From the NCBI RefSeq assembly GCF_006345805.1, contig NC_043013.1, forward strand, positions 39,060,001 through 39,124,000: DNA of 64,000 nt. Reading direction: 5' to 3'. Shown in pieces: positions 48,089 to 61,285 of the stretch; position 1 is the first letter of the stretch, and each line of letters starts with the position of its first letter. The translations under genes and the position numbers were made by a program. Source of the stretch: Octopus sinensis (taxonomy: Eukaryota). Under the pieces are notes generated by a model. The model was given only the letters and a program-made list of their open reading frames with translations. It was not told the DNA's origin and searched no databases.

Positions 48089-49629
48089 ACACACATGTAT
48101 ATATATATGATGGACTTGGAGGTGGCGGTGATGCTGGCCGATGTGATTTTGTGGTTTGCTGGTATGCCGAGAGAGATCCAGTTCTGTTTCTCATATTTTC
48201 TAAGTACAGCTGCCTTTGCTCTTGCGTTCTTGATTCTGTTGATCTCTATCTCTCTTATTTTGAAAATACACTTCTTGGTTCTGGCTTGTTTGTTCTATCC
48301 TTTGCTGATTTGTTTCCCTCCAATGCCGTAGGATATGCTCCCTCTTCTCTTGGCTTATTTCGTTTCTTCTCTGTCTCATCCTTGCATGGTTCCTCACACA
48401 ACCATTCTCTCCTATGCTGACGCTCTCATGCTGGATCCCTCATGCGATTATCCATATTTTAAAACTTGTTATTAAAACAATAAATCTCCAAAATGATTCA
48501 GTGTTTCAATTGGAAAACATATACGAATGAATTAGACAGTTTTTGTTTAGAAGGTGAAAATATTTCTGAAATACTCACCTAATATGCAAGGACACAGTAT
48601 ATAGGATACGGTAATTATATTTTAGGAAAGGGAAAAAATAGAATTAATATTTTTGATTTTGTTCGGCTCTACGAAATTTTTTTTTTTTAATGCTTTCATC
48701 CATTACTTGATACAAGAAAAAAAAAAATTGGAAAAATCCTGACCAAAACACAGAAATTATACCTGATCAGAGGAACTTGTAGTGAATTATCGCTTTAAAA
48801 TTTCACCAGATGCAGAGCCTCACCTTGTGTTCGAAACACTCATGTTTGGTGACAGGTTCCTGAAGCTGGCCTTTGCTTCACCACTGCTCATGCGTGTTAG
48901 GAATTGTGGCAAAATGTCTCCCTCAGGTTGTTACTTGTTACTCAACCAAAAGGAGGTGGAAGCTTCATTGAAGGAGTTCATTACCTCAAAGTCAATATTT
49001 GAATCGAATAAGAAACAATGACTAAAAAAATATTATACTGATACAATTTTTTCTTCCTCCCACAGCGCACATTGCCCCCAATAGCTATATAAAATCTTCC
49101 ACTGTCCTCCTACCTTCAGCGGGCTGTACCATCCACTTTGAGAAACACAGTTCTACATTCTAGTTGAGGAGCACTTCGTTGGTTATGACGATGAGGGTCC
49201 CAGCTGATACTATCAACGGAACAGCTTGCTCGTGAAATAATGTGTAAGTGGCTGAGCACTCCACAAACATGTGTACCCCTGACGTAGTTCTTGGCAACAT
49301 TCTAGTTGCCCAACACTAAAATACATACAACTCTTGCAGAATGTATGAAGCAGAACCATTAAAGTAACACCTGAAACAAACAACAAAAGCAAAACAGATG
49401 TAACAGAGAAATACTATTCTGCATCCCTAAACTGCAATGCTGCACACACTTGAGCACAGGTGTGCACCTGGTGTTGCAGTAAAATCTTTGGTGAGCAGTT
49501 TGCTTCCTAGCCTCATGGTATTGGGTTATAGTCTCACTGTATGGCACCTTGGGTGGGTGTCAGTCCTGGCCCGACCAATATCTTGTGGGTGAATGTGGTA
49601 GATGAAAATTGAAAGGAGCCTGATCTACA

Positions 49630-50089
49630 TGCAAGGTTGGTGCTGAAAAGTTCCTGGTTTTGGATAAAAGCAAATGCTGAGAGGATCAGTTAATTATGGT
49701 TTTATTCAACATATTCCCATCTTAGATTGACATAATTATTGCAGCCGTCCTTCAGTTTTTCTAAGCCCTGTGAAAGAAGTCGGAAGGTTGGGTCTCTAAC
49801 CAGACCTTTTGTGCTACCTTTAAAGCCAGGAACTTTTCAGCCTCACCCGACCTCATGTATTTGTATGTATACACACGAAGGGATGCTGGAAAGTTTCTGG
49901 CTTTGTGTCAAAGAAAATACAGGAGGATCAGTTAATTGATTTTATACAACATATTCCTCTCTCAGATTTATACACTTATTGCAACAGTCCTTCAGTTTTT
50001 CTAAGCTCTGTAGAACTTGGACGGTTTGGCCTCCAACCAGGCATTTTGTGATACTCTTTAAGCCAGGAACTTTGCAATACCCCCTCGTA
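49630..50089. mobile_element. Two tandem mariner-type MITEs, decayed
   Basis: Mutually similar ~220-bp units bounded by aagttcctgg / ccaggaactt; the second ends ccccctcgTA. Confidence 0.65.
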
Positions 50090-50375
50090 TATGTGTGCAT
50101 GTGTGTTACTGTCTCCTTGCCATAACATCATGTGATAGTTGTAAATGAATGTCAATTATGTATGCAGTGTTCTTCACTTCAAAAATTTCTGGCTATGAGA
50201 AAATGTCGTCGTGCTTGGAAATAAGTGAAAGGTGATGACAAGAAGGACATCTAGCCATAAAAAATACACCTTGACAAATTCTGTCCAACCCATGCAAGCA
50301 TGGAAAAGTGGATGTTAGAAATTGACAAAATTTGAAAATCTGAATTTAATGATGGTTATATTCTTTATCCTTCAG

Positions 50376-50478
50376 TTTTGAATCTTGGTTTGACATAGAA
50401 CGCATTGGACAAGAGAATGCTGATGAAGAAATTGTTGCTAGTGAAGAAAAAGACCACATTCTCTCAATGCTCCACCAA
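50376..50478 (+). CDS. HELLS: HELLS exon 13
   Basis: cttcag|T...CAA|gtaagt; SFESWFDIERIGQENADEEIVASEEKDHILSMLHQ. Confidence 0.97.
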
Positions 50479-50582
50479 GTAAGTAAAGTGTCTCTTCTAT
50501 TTAACAATTTCTTTGAGTCCTTTCTAGTCCAATCCTCCAAGACACCATATTTCATGTGAGAATGGCGATGTTTTCTTTTCAG

Positions 50583-50741
50583 ATCCTCACTCCTTTTATG
50601 CTGCGACGTCTCAAGTCAGACGTGGAATTGGTCATACCCCCCAAGAAAGAAGTGCTTGTTTTCTGTCCTCTTAGCAAACTTCAGCAGACTTTCTACAAAG
50701 CAACTTTAGACAATACCATCGAGGACTTGCTCTATAAAAAG
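50583..50741 (+). CDS. HELLS: HELLS exon 14
   Basis: ttttcag|ATC...AAG|gttagt; ILTPFMLRRLKSDVELVIPPKKEVLVFCPLSKLQQTFYKA. Confidence 0.98.
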
Positions 50742-51909
50742 GTTAGTCATCTTCATTTGTTATAGCCTGTTTGATCTTCTTATTACCTCAGTATGACACA
50801 TGACCCTTTTTTTTAATGTTTTGTTTATAAATCAGAGAGAAGGCAGTGCTCATGAGCTTTCACAAGACCTCCAAGACTTGTGGAAAGAAGGAAGTAAGCT
50901 ATCATCAATCTCGAAACCTGGTCTGCAACAGGGTTGGCTCTGTTAACTCTTTAGCATTTAAACTGGCCATATCTGGTCCAAATATTCTACCAGATTTATG
51001 TTCACACTAGCCAGGTATGGCCTCTCACGCCTACCCTACAATGTCATTTTAAGAATAAACAATCATAACACTGTAATCTTAAAGCTCCAAGGTAATGCAT
51101 AATTAATTCAAAGCAATGTGAATAAATAAGCTTTGCATTTGACAGAGTAATCTGAATGTTAAAGGGTTAAAGTTACTTAAGGAGCCTGGAGATGGTTTTA
51201 GACTGGATAAACATAAAGTCCCCTGCGCAAGTAGGCCATGGTGGTATTTGAACTGAGAATGCAATGAACCAAATCTAATATCACAAGACTAGTCTAATGA
51301 TTTTAGAATTATGTGAATCTGAGTTTCCATTCTTCAGATAGAACTACTTTAACTTATATGGTCACAAAGCATGACTGGCCAAGATTGTGGCCATCAGGCA
51401 CAGGTTGACAGGCCACAATCGTGGCCCAGATAGATGCATTTAATATATGGTCGTTTGTTGGGGTCTAATGTCACTCAAATGCTCCAATACCCCGCTAGAA
51501 TGCAAGAGGACTAATAGTTCAACCAATGACTTTCAGATGATTTAAAACTTGCCCCCATTATATACTAAGAAGATATTTTAACTTTTTTTTTCATGTGTCT
51601 CATTTTCATAAGATGTGTTCAGCAGTCCATGCTATGTAAGTGCAAATCCCAGCACTTTATGGATTAAGGTGTCCAGCCTGTATCATTGTCCATTTATACC
51701 ATTCTGTTTAAACCTCTCTTGTGTTACTCACTAAACATCTTATTGGTCACTAATAATTTGTGTAACCACTCTATACCGGTCATTCTGCATTGACCAATCT
51801 CTATATTGTTTGTGTATAGACACTCAGTGTGTTGGTTAGCAAGATTTTGCCAATCTCTCAATGATCAATATGTTAAAATAGTTCTTTTGTATTTTCTTCT
51901 ATTTTGCAG

Positions 51910-51986
51910 GAGAAAGATAAAGAGGTCAAGGTGAATAAGAAGGGTCGTCCAGTTCGGCAATCAAATGGGAAGAAGACAGAAGAGAG
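51910..51986 (+). CDS. HELLS: HELLS exon 15 (basic linker)
   Basis: ttgcag|GAG...AG|gtaaca; EKDKEVKVNKKGRPVRQSNGKKTEE resembles the HELLS GRPKR segment; phase 0 to 2. Confidence 0.88.
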
Positions 51987-52289
51987 GTAACATGATTATA
52001 GCTCTTGGTGCCCCCCCCCCTCACAGGTTCCACTGTCACCACCATTAACACGGGCAAATTATTGTCGAGGCAATGATGGAACCTTAACTTTTTAGTAAAT
52101 TAACAACCAAATCTCCTTCAAATTACATCATATTGCCATAAAAAAGAAGAAAAAAAAAAACCCACTTTGAATAGTGTAGTTCTTGAATGTACTATGTTGA
52201 GGGAAAAAATTAAGATGGAACAGCCATGCTGGGAATGCCTTTGATCAACTATATGGCTTCTTAGTCAAAATTATTATTATTACTATTAA

Positions 52290-53750
52290 CCCTTTCGTTA
52301 CTAACCCGGCCGTAGCCGGCCGAACAATTTTTTGGTTCAAAGTACCAACCCGGCCATACCCGGCCGTTAGAACCCATTGTTATTTAAATGTAATTTGACC
52401 CAAATCTCGTTGGTACATTCGTTTAAGCATGTGATTTCACATTGTAAATAGTTAAGTTATAGTATCCGACATTGCTTGAAGTGATATCTCAACTCAGTGA
52501 ATTTTGGGAGATTTTTTTCCACATGTTTTACGGCATCGATTTTTCTTCAACTTTGAAAATGGATAGGAGTTTCATGTTATCAAGCATTGATTCCGAATTT
52601 AAAGCTTTTTTCAACGGAAAATAGGGAGATATCGAGAAAAAGAATGAATGAGGTACTAAAGCACGTGGTGTACAAAATAATGAATATTTTTTTATCCGAA
52701 AATGAAAGCAGCGCCTTCCGAAGAAACAAAGCGGCCAAGGCGACAGCGAAGACGATTTTACATCGGAATGAAGTAAAAAAACTTTTTAAATGTTTTTATT
52801 AGCAATTTTTCTGAGGAGATAAAGTTTATCTATAGCCTTTCTTAGGAAGTGAAACCATTAGACTTTTATTTTTTTCAGTATGCTAGTTTGAAGCGATCAA
52901 TGTGGAAACAAACTTACGCAGATTGTAAACAAACCCAAAATCGGGGTTCAAAGTTTGGGAAATTTGTGAAGCAAATTACTGGGTACTGCGTGGATTTAGT
53001 TTTTATACAGGGAAAATAATGTTAGTCAGCATGGCTTAGGGTACGATGTGGTCTGGAAGTTATTGTTTGAAGCGATCAATGTGGAAACGCACTTACGCAG
53101 ATTGTAAACAAACCCAAAATCGGGGTTCAAAGTTTGGGAAATTTGTGAAGCAAATTACTGGGTACTGCGTGGATTTAGTTTTTATACAGGGAAAATAATA
53201 TTAGTCAGCATGGCCTAGGGAACGATGTGGTCTGGAATTTATCACTTCCATACCATAACCAGGGCCGTATATTATTTTTTGACCGATTTCTTTAGTTCGG
53301 TCAAACTTACGGTGGATTCCAATATTTCAGTTTATTCCACCTTTATGGTACACCTGTTGTGCATTAAATTCAACTGATGTGCACAATTCTTCTTTATCAA
53401 AATTTTGTTGCATACCCATTTGAATATTAGCTGATGATTCATTTTCTATAGTGATGTTTAAACAAAATTTTTATTTTTTACCTTTTGCTCAATTTAAAAT
53501 TTTAATATTTTTACCTTTTGCTCAATTTACCTGGATTTACCTGTAATTAAAGTCACTTTGAGTCAAAAGTTATGCAATAGAATTGATTAAGAACCCTTCC
53601 TTTAATTATGTTCCAAATATCACATTAAAATGTTGATAAGTAAAAAAGTTACAGTTATTTAATGAAACAAGCCTAAATTCATGATTATTTTAGAATTTAA
53701 TTGAAACTCATGAGGGGTGTATTTTGGTCAGAAATATAGTAACGAAAGGG
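52290..53750 (+). mobile_element. Internally deleted piggyBac-like transposon
   Basis: TTAA|CCCTTTCGTTACTA ... TAGTAACGAAAGGG|TTAA (14-bp perfect TIR); frameshifted remnant resembling GFKVWEICEA-TGYC...FYTGK...HGLGYDVVWKL, present twice. Confidence 0.9.
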
Positions 53751-54027
53751 TTAAGGTGGCAAGCTCGCAGAGTCGTTAGCATGATGGATGAAATGCTTAG
53801 CAGTCGATACATTCTGAGTTCAAACTCTGCTGAGGTCGACTCTACCTTTCGTCCTTTTGGGGTCGATAAAATAAGTACCAGTGAAACACTGGGAGCTGAT
53901 GTAATCGATTAGTCCCTACCTCCAGAATTTCAGGCAGTGAAGCTGGCAGCATCTTTAGTGTTCTGGATATAGCACTTTAAAAAGGGTTGGCTGTACTATT
54001 TTTAACCCTGCTATGCTGTATCCCCAC

Positions 54028-54443
54028 TTTACTCTTTACTCTTTTACTTGTTTCAGTCATTTGACTGCGGCCATGCTGGAGCACCACCTTTAATCGAGCA
54101 ACTCGACCCCGGGACTTATTCTTTTGTAAGCCCAGTACTTATTCTATCGGTCTCTTTTGCCGAACCGCTAAGTAACGGGGACATAAACACACCAGCATCG
54201 GTTGTCAAGCAATGCAAGGGGGACAAACACAGACACACAAGCACACGCATATATATATATATATATATACATATATACGACGGGCTTCTTTCAGTTTCCG
54301 TCTACCAAGTCCACTCACAAGGCTTTGGTCGGCCCGAGGCTATAGTAGAAGATACTTGCCCAAGGTGCCACGCAGTGAGACTGAACACGGAACCATGTGG
54401 TTGCTAAACAAGCTACTTACCACACAGCCATGCCTGCGCCTAT
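54028..54443 (-). mobile_element. SINE family A, full length
   Basis: Reverse complement of the family A consensus, CpG-intact. Confidence 0.88.
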
Positions 54444-54722
54444 AGTGATAATAGGTTGAATGTCATCTCTGCTGGATTCTTAGTAAAGCAGAAATAAACA
54501 ACACACGTAGAAAAAGATGCAGCCGATTCTGTCCGGTACTTGCAGACATTTCTCTTGAGCTGTATATGCAACTATTTATTCTTTTGCTTGGGAGCCCAGG
54601 TGCTGGGGGTGAAGTTAGACGCAGGGGCGCAGGTCTGAGAGGTTTAATGGGAGATAAATAACAATCGCAACAGCACCACCACATATGAATGACATTTGCA
54701 TATTGTTTGTTTATAATATCAG

Positions 54723-54942
54723 GGATGACAAGTCGACTTCCCTCTCAGATTCGCGGATAAATTTGAAGATGAACAATATAATGATGATTTTAAGGAAGAT
54801 ATGTAATCATCCCTACCTCATAGAACATCCTCTTGACTCTAAGACTGGTGAGTTGGCACTGGATGAAGGTCTTGTGAAGAACAGTGGTAAAATAGCTATG
54901 CTGGATTGCATGCTGCCGGTGTTAAAGAAAAATGATCACAAG
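54723..54942 (+). CDS. HELLS: HELLS exon 16
   Basis: atatcag|G...AAG|gttagt; [25 protein letters not shown]...[24 protein letters not shown]. Confidence 0.97.
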
Positions 54943-55934
54943 GTTAGTCATGTTGTTTAATTTGTTTGCATTTATTTTTTATTTATTTACTTGCAAAGGT
55001 GCATGGCCTAGTGATTGAGATGTTGGCTTCTCAATCATAAGGCTGTAGGTTCAATTCCTGGGTTAGATAGTACATTGTACCCTTGAGCAAGGCACCTCAT
55101 TTTATGTTGCTACATTCAACTCAGCTCTAAAATAAATATCAGTCGAGTGCTGATAAAACCCTCTTTCTCTCTCTCTCTCTCTCTCTCTGCTTCACTTGTT
55201 ATATCCTTGCTGCTCCGCTGGGTCTTGAGTTGGACAACCGAGATTGAGTCTAAGTCACCTTACAACATCGCTTAACGGCCACCTTCCATGCTACCATGGT
55301 TAGGATGGTTTCATAAGAGCTGACCAAGGCAGAAGCCTGCACCAGACTTCTGTGACTGACTGTTTTGGTAGGATTTTTACAGCTGGATGCCCTTCCTAAC
55401 ACCAACCATTCAGCATATATAGCATATATAATATATATATATATATATATAACAAACTGACATTGGTTATCAAGGAGTGTGGAGAAGAGGCAAAAGAGAC
55501 TCACACATACACATGTATGTATGTTTGTTTCCATCACCTATTGACAGCTGGTGTTGGTTTGTTTATGTTACCATAACATCAGTTTCGACAAAAGAGATTG
55601 ATAGAATCAGTACCAGATCTTACACAAGTACTGGAGTTGTTTTGTTTGACAATGCCTACAAGATGGTGCCCCAGCATGGCCATCATCCAGTTAGTGAAAC
55701 AAGTAAAAGAACAGAGGATAAAAGATTTTTATGGATGGTACCATCAGTCCGCTTGACCAAAACTGAACTAGGGCTACACAACTGCCTGTCTTGTTCTCAT
55801 TCTCTTGCTTGTTGTCTATCCGTTTAACCTACATGCCATGGGCCTGCTTAATAACAACAAGTGAACAGGGGAGCAGGGTCTTCAACAATAACAACAATGG
55901 CAGCAACATTCATCTCCTTCTCTCTTCTCTGCAG

Positions 55935-56054
55935 GTGCTGATCTTTTCTCAGTTTGTTCAGGTGTTGAATATTTTGGAAGACTATTGCTACCTCAGAGAT
56001 TTTGAATACTGTCGTTTGGATGGTAGCATGAACTTTGAAGAGAGGCAAGAGCAG
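55935..56054 (+). CDS. HELLS: HELLS exon 17 (motif IV)
   Basis: ctgcag|GTG...CAG|gtaagc; VLIFSQFVQVLNILEDYCYLRDFEYCRLDGSMNFEERQEQ. Confidence 0.98.
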
Positions 56055-56484
56055 GTAAGCTCATTTCACTTCTTTCTTTCTTTTTCTACCTCCCCCCCCC
56101 CCACTCTCTCTCCCAACTTTGTTGTATTTGTGGCATTGCCATCACCACCACCACCACCATCATCATCATGATCACCATTACGCTGAACTGCAACAGAAAT
56201 GCAATTTTTTCAAATGTCATTTTTGGTAAATTCTGAAAATTTATTTTGGAAATGTAAGAGTAAATATTCCCAAGACATGCTGGTTTATGGCTGAGACCCA
56301 AATTGCTGGTAACCTTTCAACTTGCTCTGAAACGAGACGCCAATACGCAGCTGCGTTGAATGCTGTGGGTAGCAGTTGCAAACTACTGTCATGGAAACTG
56401 AAATGCATGTGCATCTTGTGGAAGTTACGGGTATAAAAATCAACTTGAACCCTGTTCCTGGCATTCGTTATTTAGAAGCATCGG

Positions 56485-56840
56485 GTATGACCTGATTGGC
56501 AGCAGTGCTGAGAGAACAAGCTATCAGCCAAATGCAAGCTGGGCAGCATGCCCTAGTTGTTGCGATAGCTTGCAGTATCCATGTCAGCACCATCTATCGC
56601 CTGCAACAGCGATACAACAACACTGCAGACCGTGCCTGCAGAGGGCACCCCCAGGTGACCATGCACAGGCAGGACTGTTTCACCCACCTGTGACAGCTTG
56701 CAAGGCCATTGGCACTGATCAGTAATGACATAGTATGATGCCAACTGGCCACCAACAATCTGCGTTGTCCTGCTTGAAGGCCTGTCCTCACTGCCCTCCA
56801 CCGTCCGGCACAATGCAGTGGCATCAACAATGGAGGTTGA
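56485..56840 (+). mobile_element. Tc1-like transposase N-terminal (paired-type HTH) relic
   Basis: LREQAISQMQAG...VAIACSIHVSTIYRLQQRYNNTADRACRGHPQVTMHRQD, resembling the Tc1 HTH and RSGRPR-TT-RQDR linker. Confidence 0.75.
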
Positions 56841-56850
56841 TAGTCTTCTC

Positions 56851-57310
56851 TCACTCCACTATGACATTGCTCTCTCTCTCACTCCACTGTGACATTGCTC
56901 TCTCTCTCACTCCACTATCACATTGCTCTCTCCCTCTCACTCCACTATGACATTGCTCTCTGTCAATCCACTGACATTGCTCTCTGTCACTCCACTATGA
57001 CATTGCTCTCTGTCACTCCACTATGACATTGCTCTCTGTCACTCCACTATGACATTGCTCTCTGTCACTCCACTATGACATTGCTCTCTGTCACTCCACT
57101 ATGACATTGCTCTCTGTCACTCCACTATGACATTGCTTTCTGTCACTCCACTATGACATTGCTCTCTGTCACTCCACTATGACATTGCTCTCTGGCACTC
57201 CACTATGACATTGCTCTCTGGCACTCCACTATGACATTGCTCTCTGTCACTCCACTATGACATTTCTCTCTGTCACTCCACTATGACATTCCTCTCTCTC
57301 ACTCCATTAT
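56851..57310. repeat. 26-bp minisatellite, about 17 copies, with a degenerate tail to about 57480
   Basis: Unit tcactccactatgacattgctctctg. Confidence 0.95.
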
Positions 57311-57463
57311 GATATTTCTCTGACATGTTGATATTCTAAGATGCTCCACTGTGACATTAAATTATGATGGGCCACTCTGCTATCACATTGCTCTATGATA
57401 CCCCATTATGACATTATCTAATGATACACCATTGTGATGTTACCTAATCATACCCCATTATGA

Positions 57464-57655
<192 letters not shown>

Positions 57656-57737
57656 TGACATGCTAGGACCATCAGTTGAATTTTCAGAGTTAACCTGAGA
57701 TGCTAAGCACCAAAGAATGTGAAATGAAGTATCATGC

Positions 57738-57822
<85 letters not shown>

Positions 57823-58115
57823 TTCCGACCAGGCTATCAGATGTTGCTACACATCGCTGGTCACAATGCGCTTCACATTGATTTAGCTTTCAAATAACGC
57901 CACCCCGCTGGCTAAGCGAGCAGGCCAACAGAAGAAAGAGGGAGAGAAAGTTGTGGCGAAAGAGTACAGCAGGGATCGCCACCACCCCCTGCTGGAGCCT
58001 TGTGGAGCTTTAGGTGTTTTCGCTCAATAAACACTCACAACGCCCTGTCTGGGAATCGAAACCACGATCCTACGACTGCAAGTCCGCTGCCCTAACCACT
58101 GGGCCATTGCGCCTC

Positions 58116-58179
<64 letters not shown>

Positions 58180-59884
58180 TATTTAATGTCCACTTTCCAT
58201 ACTTGCATGGGTTGAGCAGTTTGAAAGGTGCTGGCTAGGCAGAAAACTGCACCAGGCTTCAGTGTCTGTTATGGCATTTATGGTTTTTATAGCTGGATGC
58301 TCTTCCTAACACCAACCACCCTACAGATATTTATCATCATCATCATCATTTAACATCTGTTTTCCATGCTGGCATGGGTTGGACAGCTTGACAGGAACTG
58401 GCAGTGCCATGGGCCACATCAGGTTCTGTCTGTTTTGGTTTGATTTCTACCTGTTGATGCCTTTCCTAATGTTAGCCACTTTACCAGAGTGTACAGGGTG
58501 CTTTGTATGCAGCACCAACACCAGTACTTTTTGTATGGCACCAGCACCCACACCAATGCTTTTCTCTTGTAATATATTCTGTTTATATATGCTGGCATGG
58601 GTTGGATGTTTTGCCAGAGGACTGTGGAAAGCTCTACTCTCTGCTTTGGCATGGTTTCTACAGCTGGATATCCTTCCTAACGCCAGTACTTTACTGAGTC
58701 ACTAGTGCTGGTGCCACTTGAAAACACCCACTTGACTCCTGTAAGGTGGTTGGTGTTAGGAAGGGCATCCAGTTGTAAAAATTGGCTCTGTGCTAATGTT
58801 AGCAATGATTTGATTGATAAAACGTCTTCTAGAACAGTGCTACTCAAAGTGATGGTCTGTGGGCTGGTGCTGGTATGTGGCGAGTTTCCAGAAAAGAAAA
58901 AAACTTTAGCATTGATTTCGCCTTATGTACTGCAGTAAACAATTTATCAGCTGGCTGGTAGATTTTGGTACTCGCCAACTTTTATTATAGCTGGGTTTGG
59001 CTACTCTGCATTGATAAAGGGCAAATACCCTGAAACATGTCTGCAGATGCCTGACCAGCAAGGGGAAGTGGCTGACCTTCCCTGTTCAAAAGTTATAACT
59101 AGAGGCGATGGACTCTTGGAGCTAATCATTGGCAGCTTTTGTCCTATATTTATGGACTGCCATATTAGCTTAGCGATAACTATTAATATCCAGTACCGCT
59201 GCCGTAGTCTCCTTTAGAGAAACTTAGAAATAATAATATTTCTATTATATATATTGTTTTTTTCTGCTATAAATTAATATTACCAGTCCCTGGCACATTG
59301 GTTTAAAAAAAAAACTGCCGGTATGCCACATCAGATAGAATTTAGTGAAGGATGTTTGTGTTCTGAGTTCAAATCTTGCCAAAGCCAACATTACCTTTTT
59401 CTCTCCTCAAAATTGCAGACCTTCTGCTGACATTTTGAAACAAACAATGGTGAGGTTGCAGAATCATTAGATCGCCAGACAAATGCTTAGCAGCATTCCT
59501 TCCACTTTTTTATATTCTGAGTTCAAATTCTGCCTAAGTCGACTTTGCCCGTTAATCTTTAGGGTGTTGATAAAATAGGGAGCAGTTTAGCACTGGGATT
59601 GATGTGATCAAATGTCTGTCTCTTCTGAAAATTGCTGGCCTTGTGCCAAACCTATTGTTATTATCATTTAAGTGGCAAGCTGGCAGAATCGTTAGCATGC
59701 TGGGCAAAATGCTTAGTGGCATTTTGTTTGTCTTTACATTCTGAGTTCAAATTCTGCCAAAGTTGGATTTTACCTTTCATCCTTTCAGGTTTGATAAAAT
59801 AAGTACTAGTTGCATACTGGGGTCATGTAATTGATTATGCCCCTCCCCCCAGATTTCAGGCCTTGTGCCTATAGTAGAAAGTAT

Positions 59885-60215
59885 TATTATTTTACTTCTC
59901 AGAGGTCTCCTCCGTCTTACTTGCTCTGGTTGATTCTGTGAGAGTGGACAACAACCTGTTGTCAGAAGTCTCACAGGGTCTCTTTCCACAAACTATAAGC
60001 TTTGGTACTTGGATGTTAGCTTACTGTGGAAAGCACCCATCTCAAAATCCTAGCTGTGTCCCCTATAGAGCAGTTTTTTGGGCCTCCTCATGTCAATTCC
60101 ATTTTCTCCGACATATTTCTCGAACCCGGTTGTTAATGCTCTGAGTGCCCCTACAACTCCTGGGATAACATTTACTGTCCTCATTGCCCACATTCTTGCA
60201 ATTTTGTCTTTTGAT
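59885..60215 (-). mobile_element. RLE-type LINE 3' fragment
   Basis: [32 protein letters not shown]...GTARILRWVL. Confidence 0.75.
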
Positions 60216-60267
60216 TAATATCATTATTACTTCTAAATTCTTGTCTTTATTTTCTTGCAACTGTCAG

Positions 60268-60427
60268 AATCCTCAGTGTGATATACAAGCTCAGGACAGG
60301 TGTCATCGTATTGGTCAAGTAAAACCAGTTGTAGTTTACAGGTTAGTGTCACGAAACACGATTGACCAAAGAATCGTCGAAAGAGCCACAGCCAAACGAA
60401 AACTTGAGAAGATGATTATTCACCAAG
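60268..60427 (+). CDS. HELLS: HELLS exon 19 (motif VI); last complete exon in the window
   Basis: ctgtcag|AAT...G|gtctgt; [53 protein letters not shown]; cumulative CDS 2587 nt from the split ATG, no internal stop. Confidence 0.97.
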
Positions 60428-60504
60428 GTCTGTTGCTTTTGATCTCTTTCATTGTTGATACACCAATGTTGTCATTATCGTTGTCGTATGTCTGTTTTCT
60501 ATGC

Positions 60505-60940
60505 TGGCGAAAGTGAAGGTTTCTTATTTCTTTACTGCCCACAAGGGGCCACACACAGAGGAAACAAACAAGGACAGACAAATGGATTAAGTCGATTATA
60601 TCGACCCCGTTGCATAACTGTTACTTATTTAATCGACCCCGAAAGGATGAAAGGCAAAGTCGACCTTGACGGAATTTGAACTGAGAACGTAGCAGCAGAC
60701 GAAATACCTATTTCTTTACTACCCACAAGGGGCTAAACACAGAGGGGACAAACAAGGACAGACAAACGGATTAAGTCGATTATATCGACACCAGTGCGTA
60801 ACTGGTACTTATTTAATCGACCCCGAAAGGATGAAAGGCAAAGTCGACCTCAGCGGAATTTAAACTCAGAACGTAGCAGTAGAAGAAAAACCGCTAAGTA
60901 TTTCGCCCAGCATGCTAATGTTTCTGCCAGCTCTCCGCCT
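60505..60940 (-). mobile_element. SINE family B, tandem copy
   Basis: Two monomers joined at aaagaaataggtatttcgtctg. Confidence 0.87.
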
Positions 60941-61285
60941 GTGTAAAAGTTTCTTTGCTGCCTAAGTCCGTTTGTATTCAAAGCGGCTTCCTGCTTAGAC
61001 AAGTCAGAGGACCACTAGTATCAGTTTTGGCACAGTTTCTAACACCTGATGTTTCAAAGTGTGTACTCATCATCATCATAATCATCGTTTAACATCTGTT
61101 TTCCATGCTGGCATGGGTTGGATGGTTTGACTGAGGTCTGGAGAGCCAGTGGCTGCACCAGGCTCCAGTCTAATTGGGCAATGTTTCTACAGCTGGATGC
61201 CCTTCCTAATGCCAACCACTCCAAGAGGTGCTTTTTATGTGCCACTGGCACAGGAGCCAGTCAGGCAGGTCTGGCAGCGATCACG

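Noticed and set aside
48100-48430. Charged minus-strand ORF (MRNHARMRQRRNEISQEKRE...) as a nested gene
   Set aside because: No recognisable domain or clear splice sites; more likely a transposon relic or low-complexity sequence.
51383-51420. 10-bp inverted repeat gattgtggcc/ggccacaatc as a miRNA-like hairpin
   Set aside because: Stem too short and isolated; no further support.
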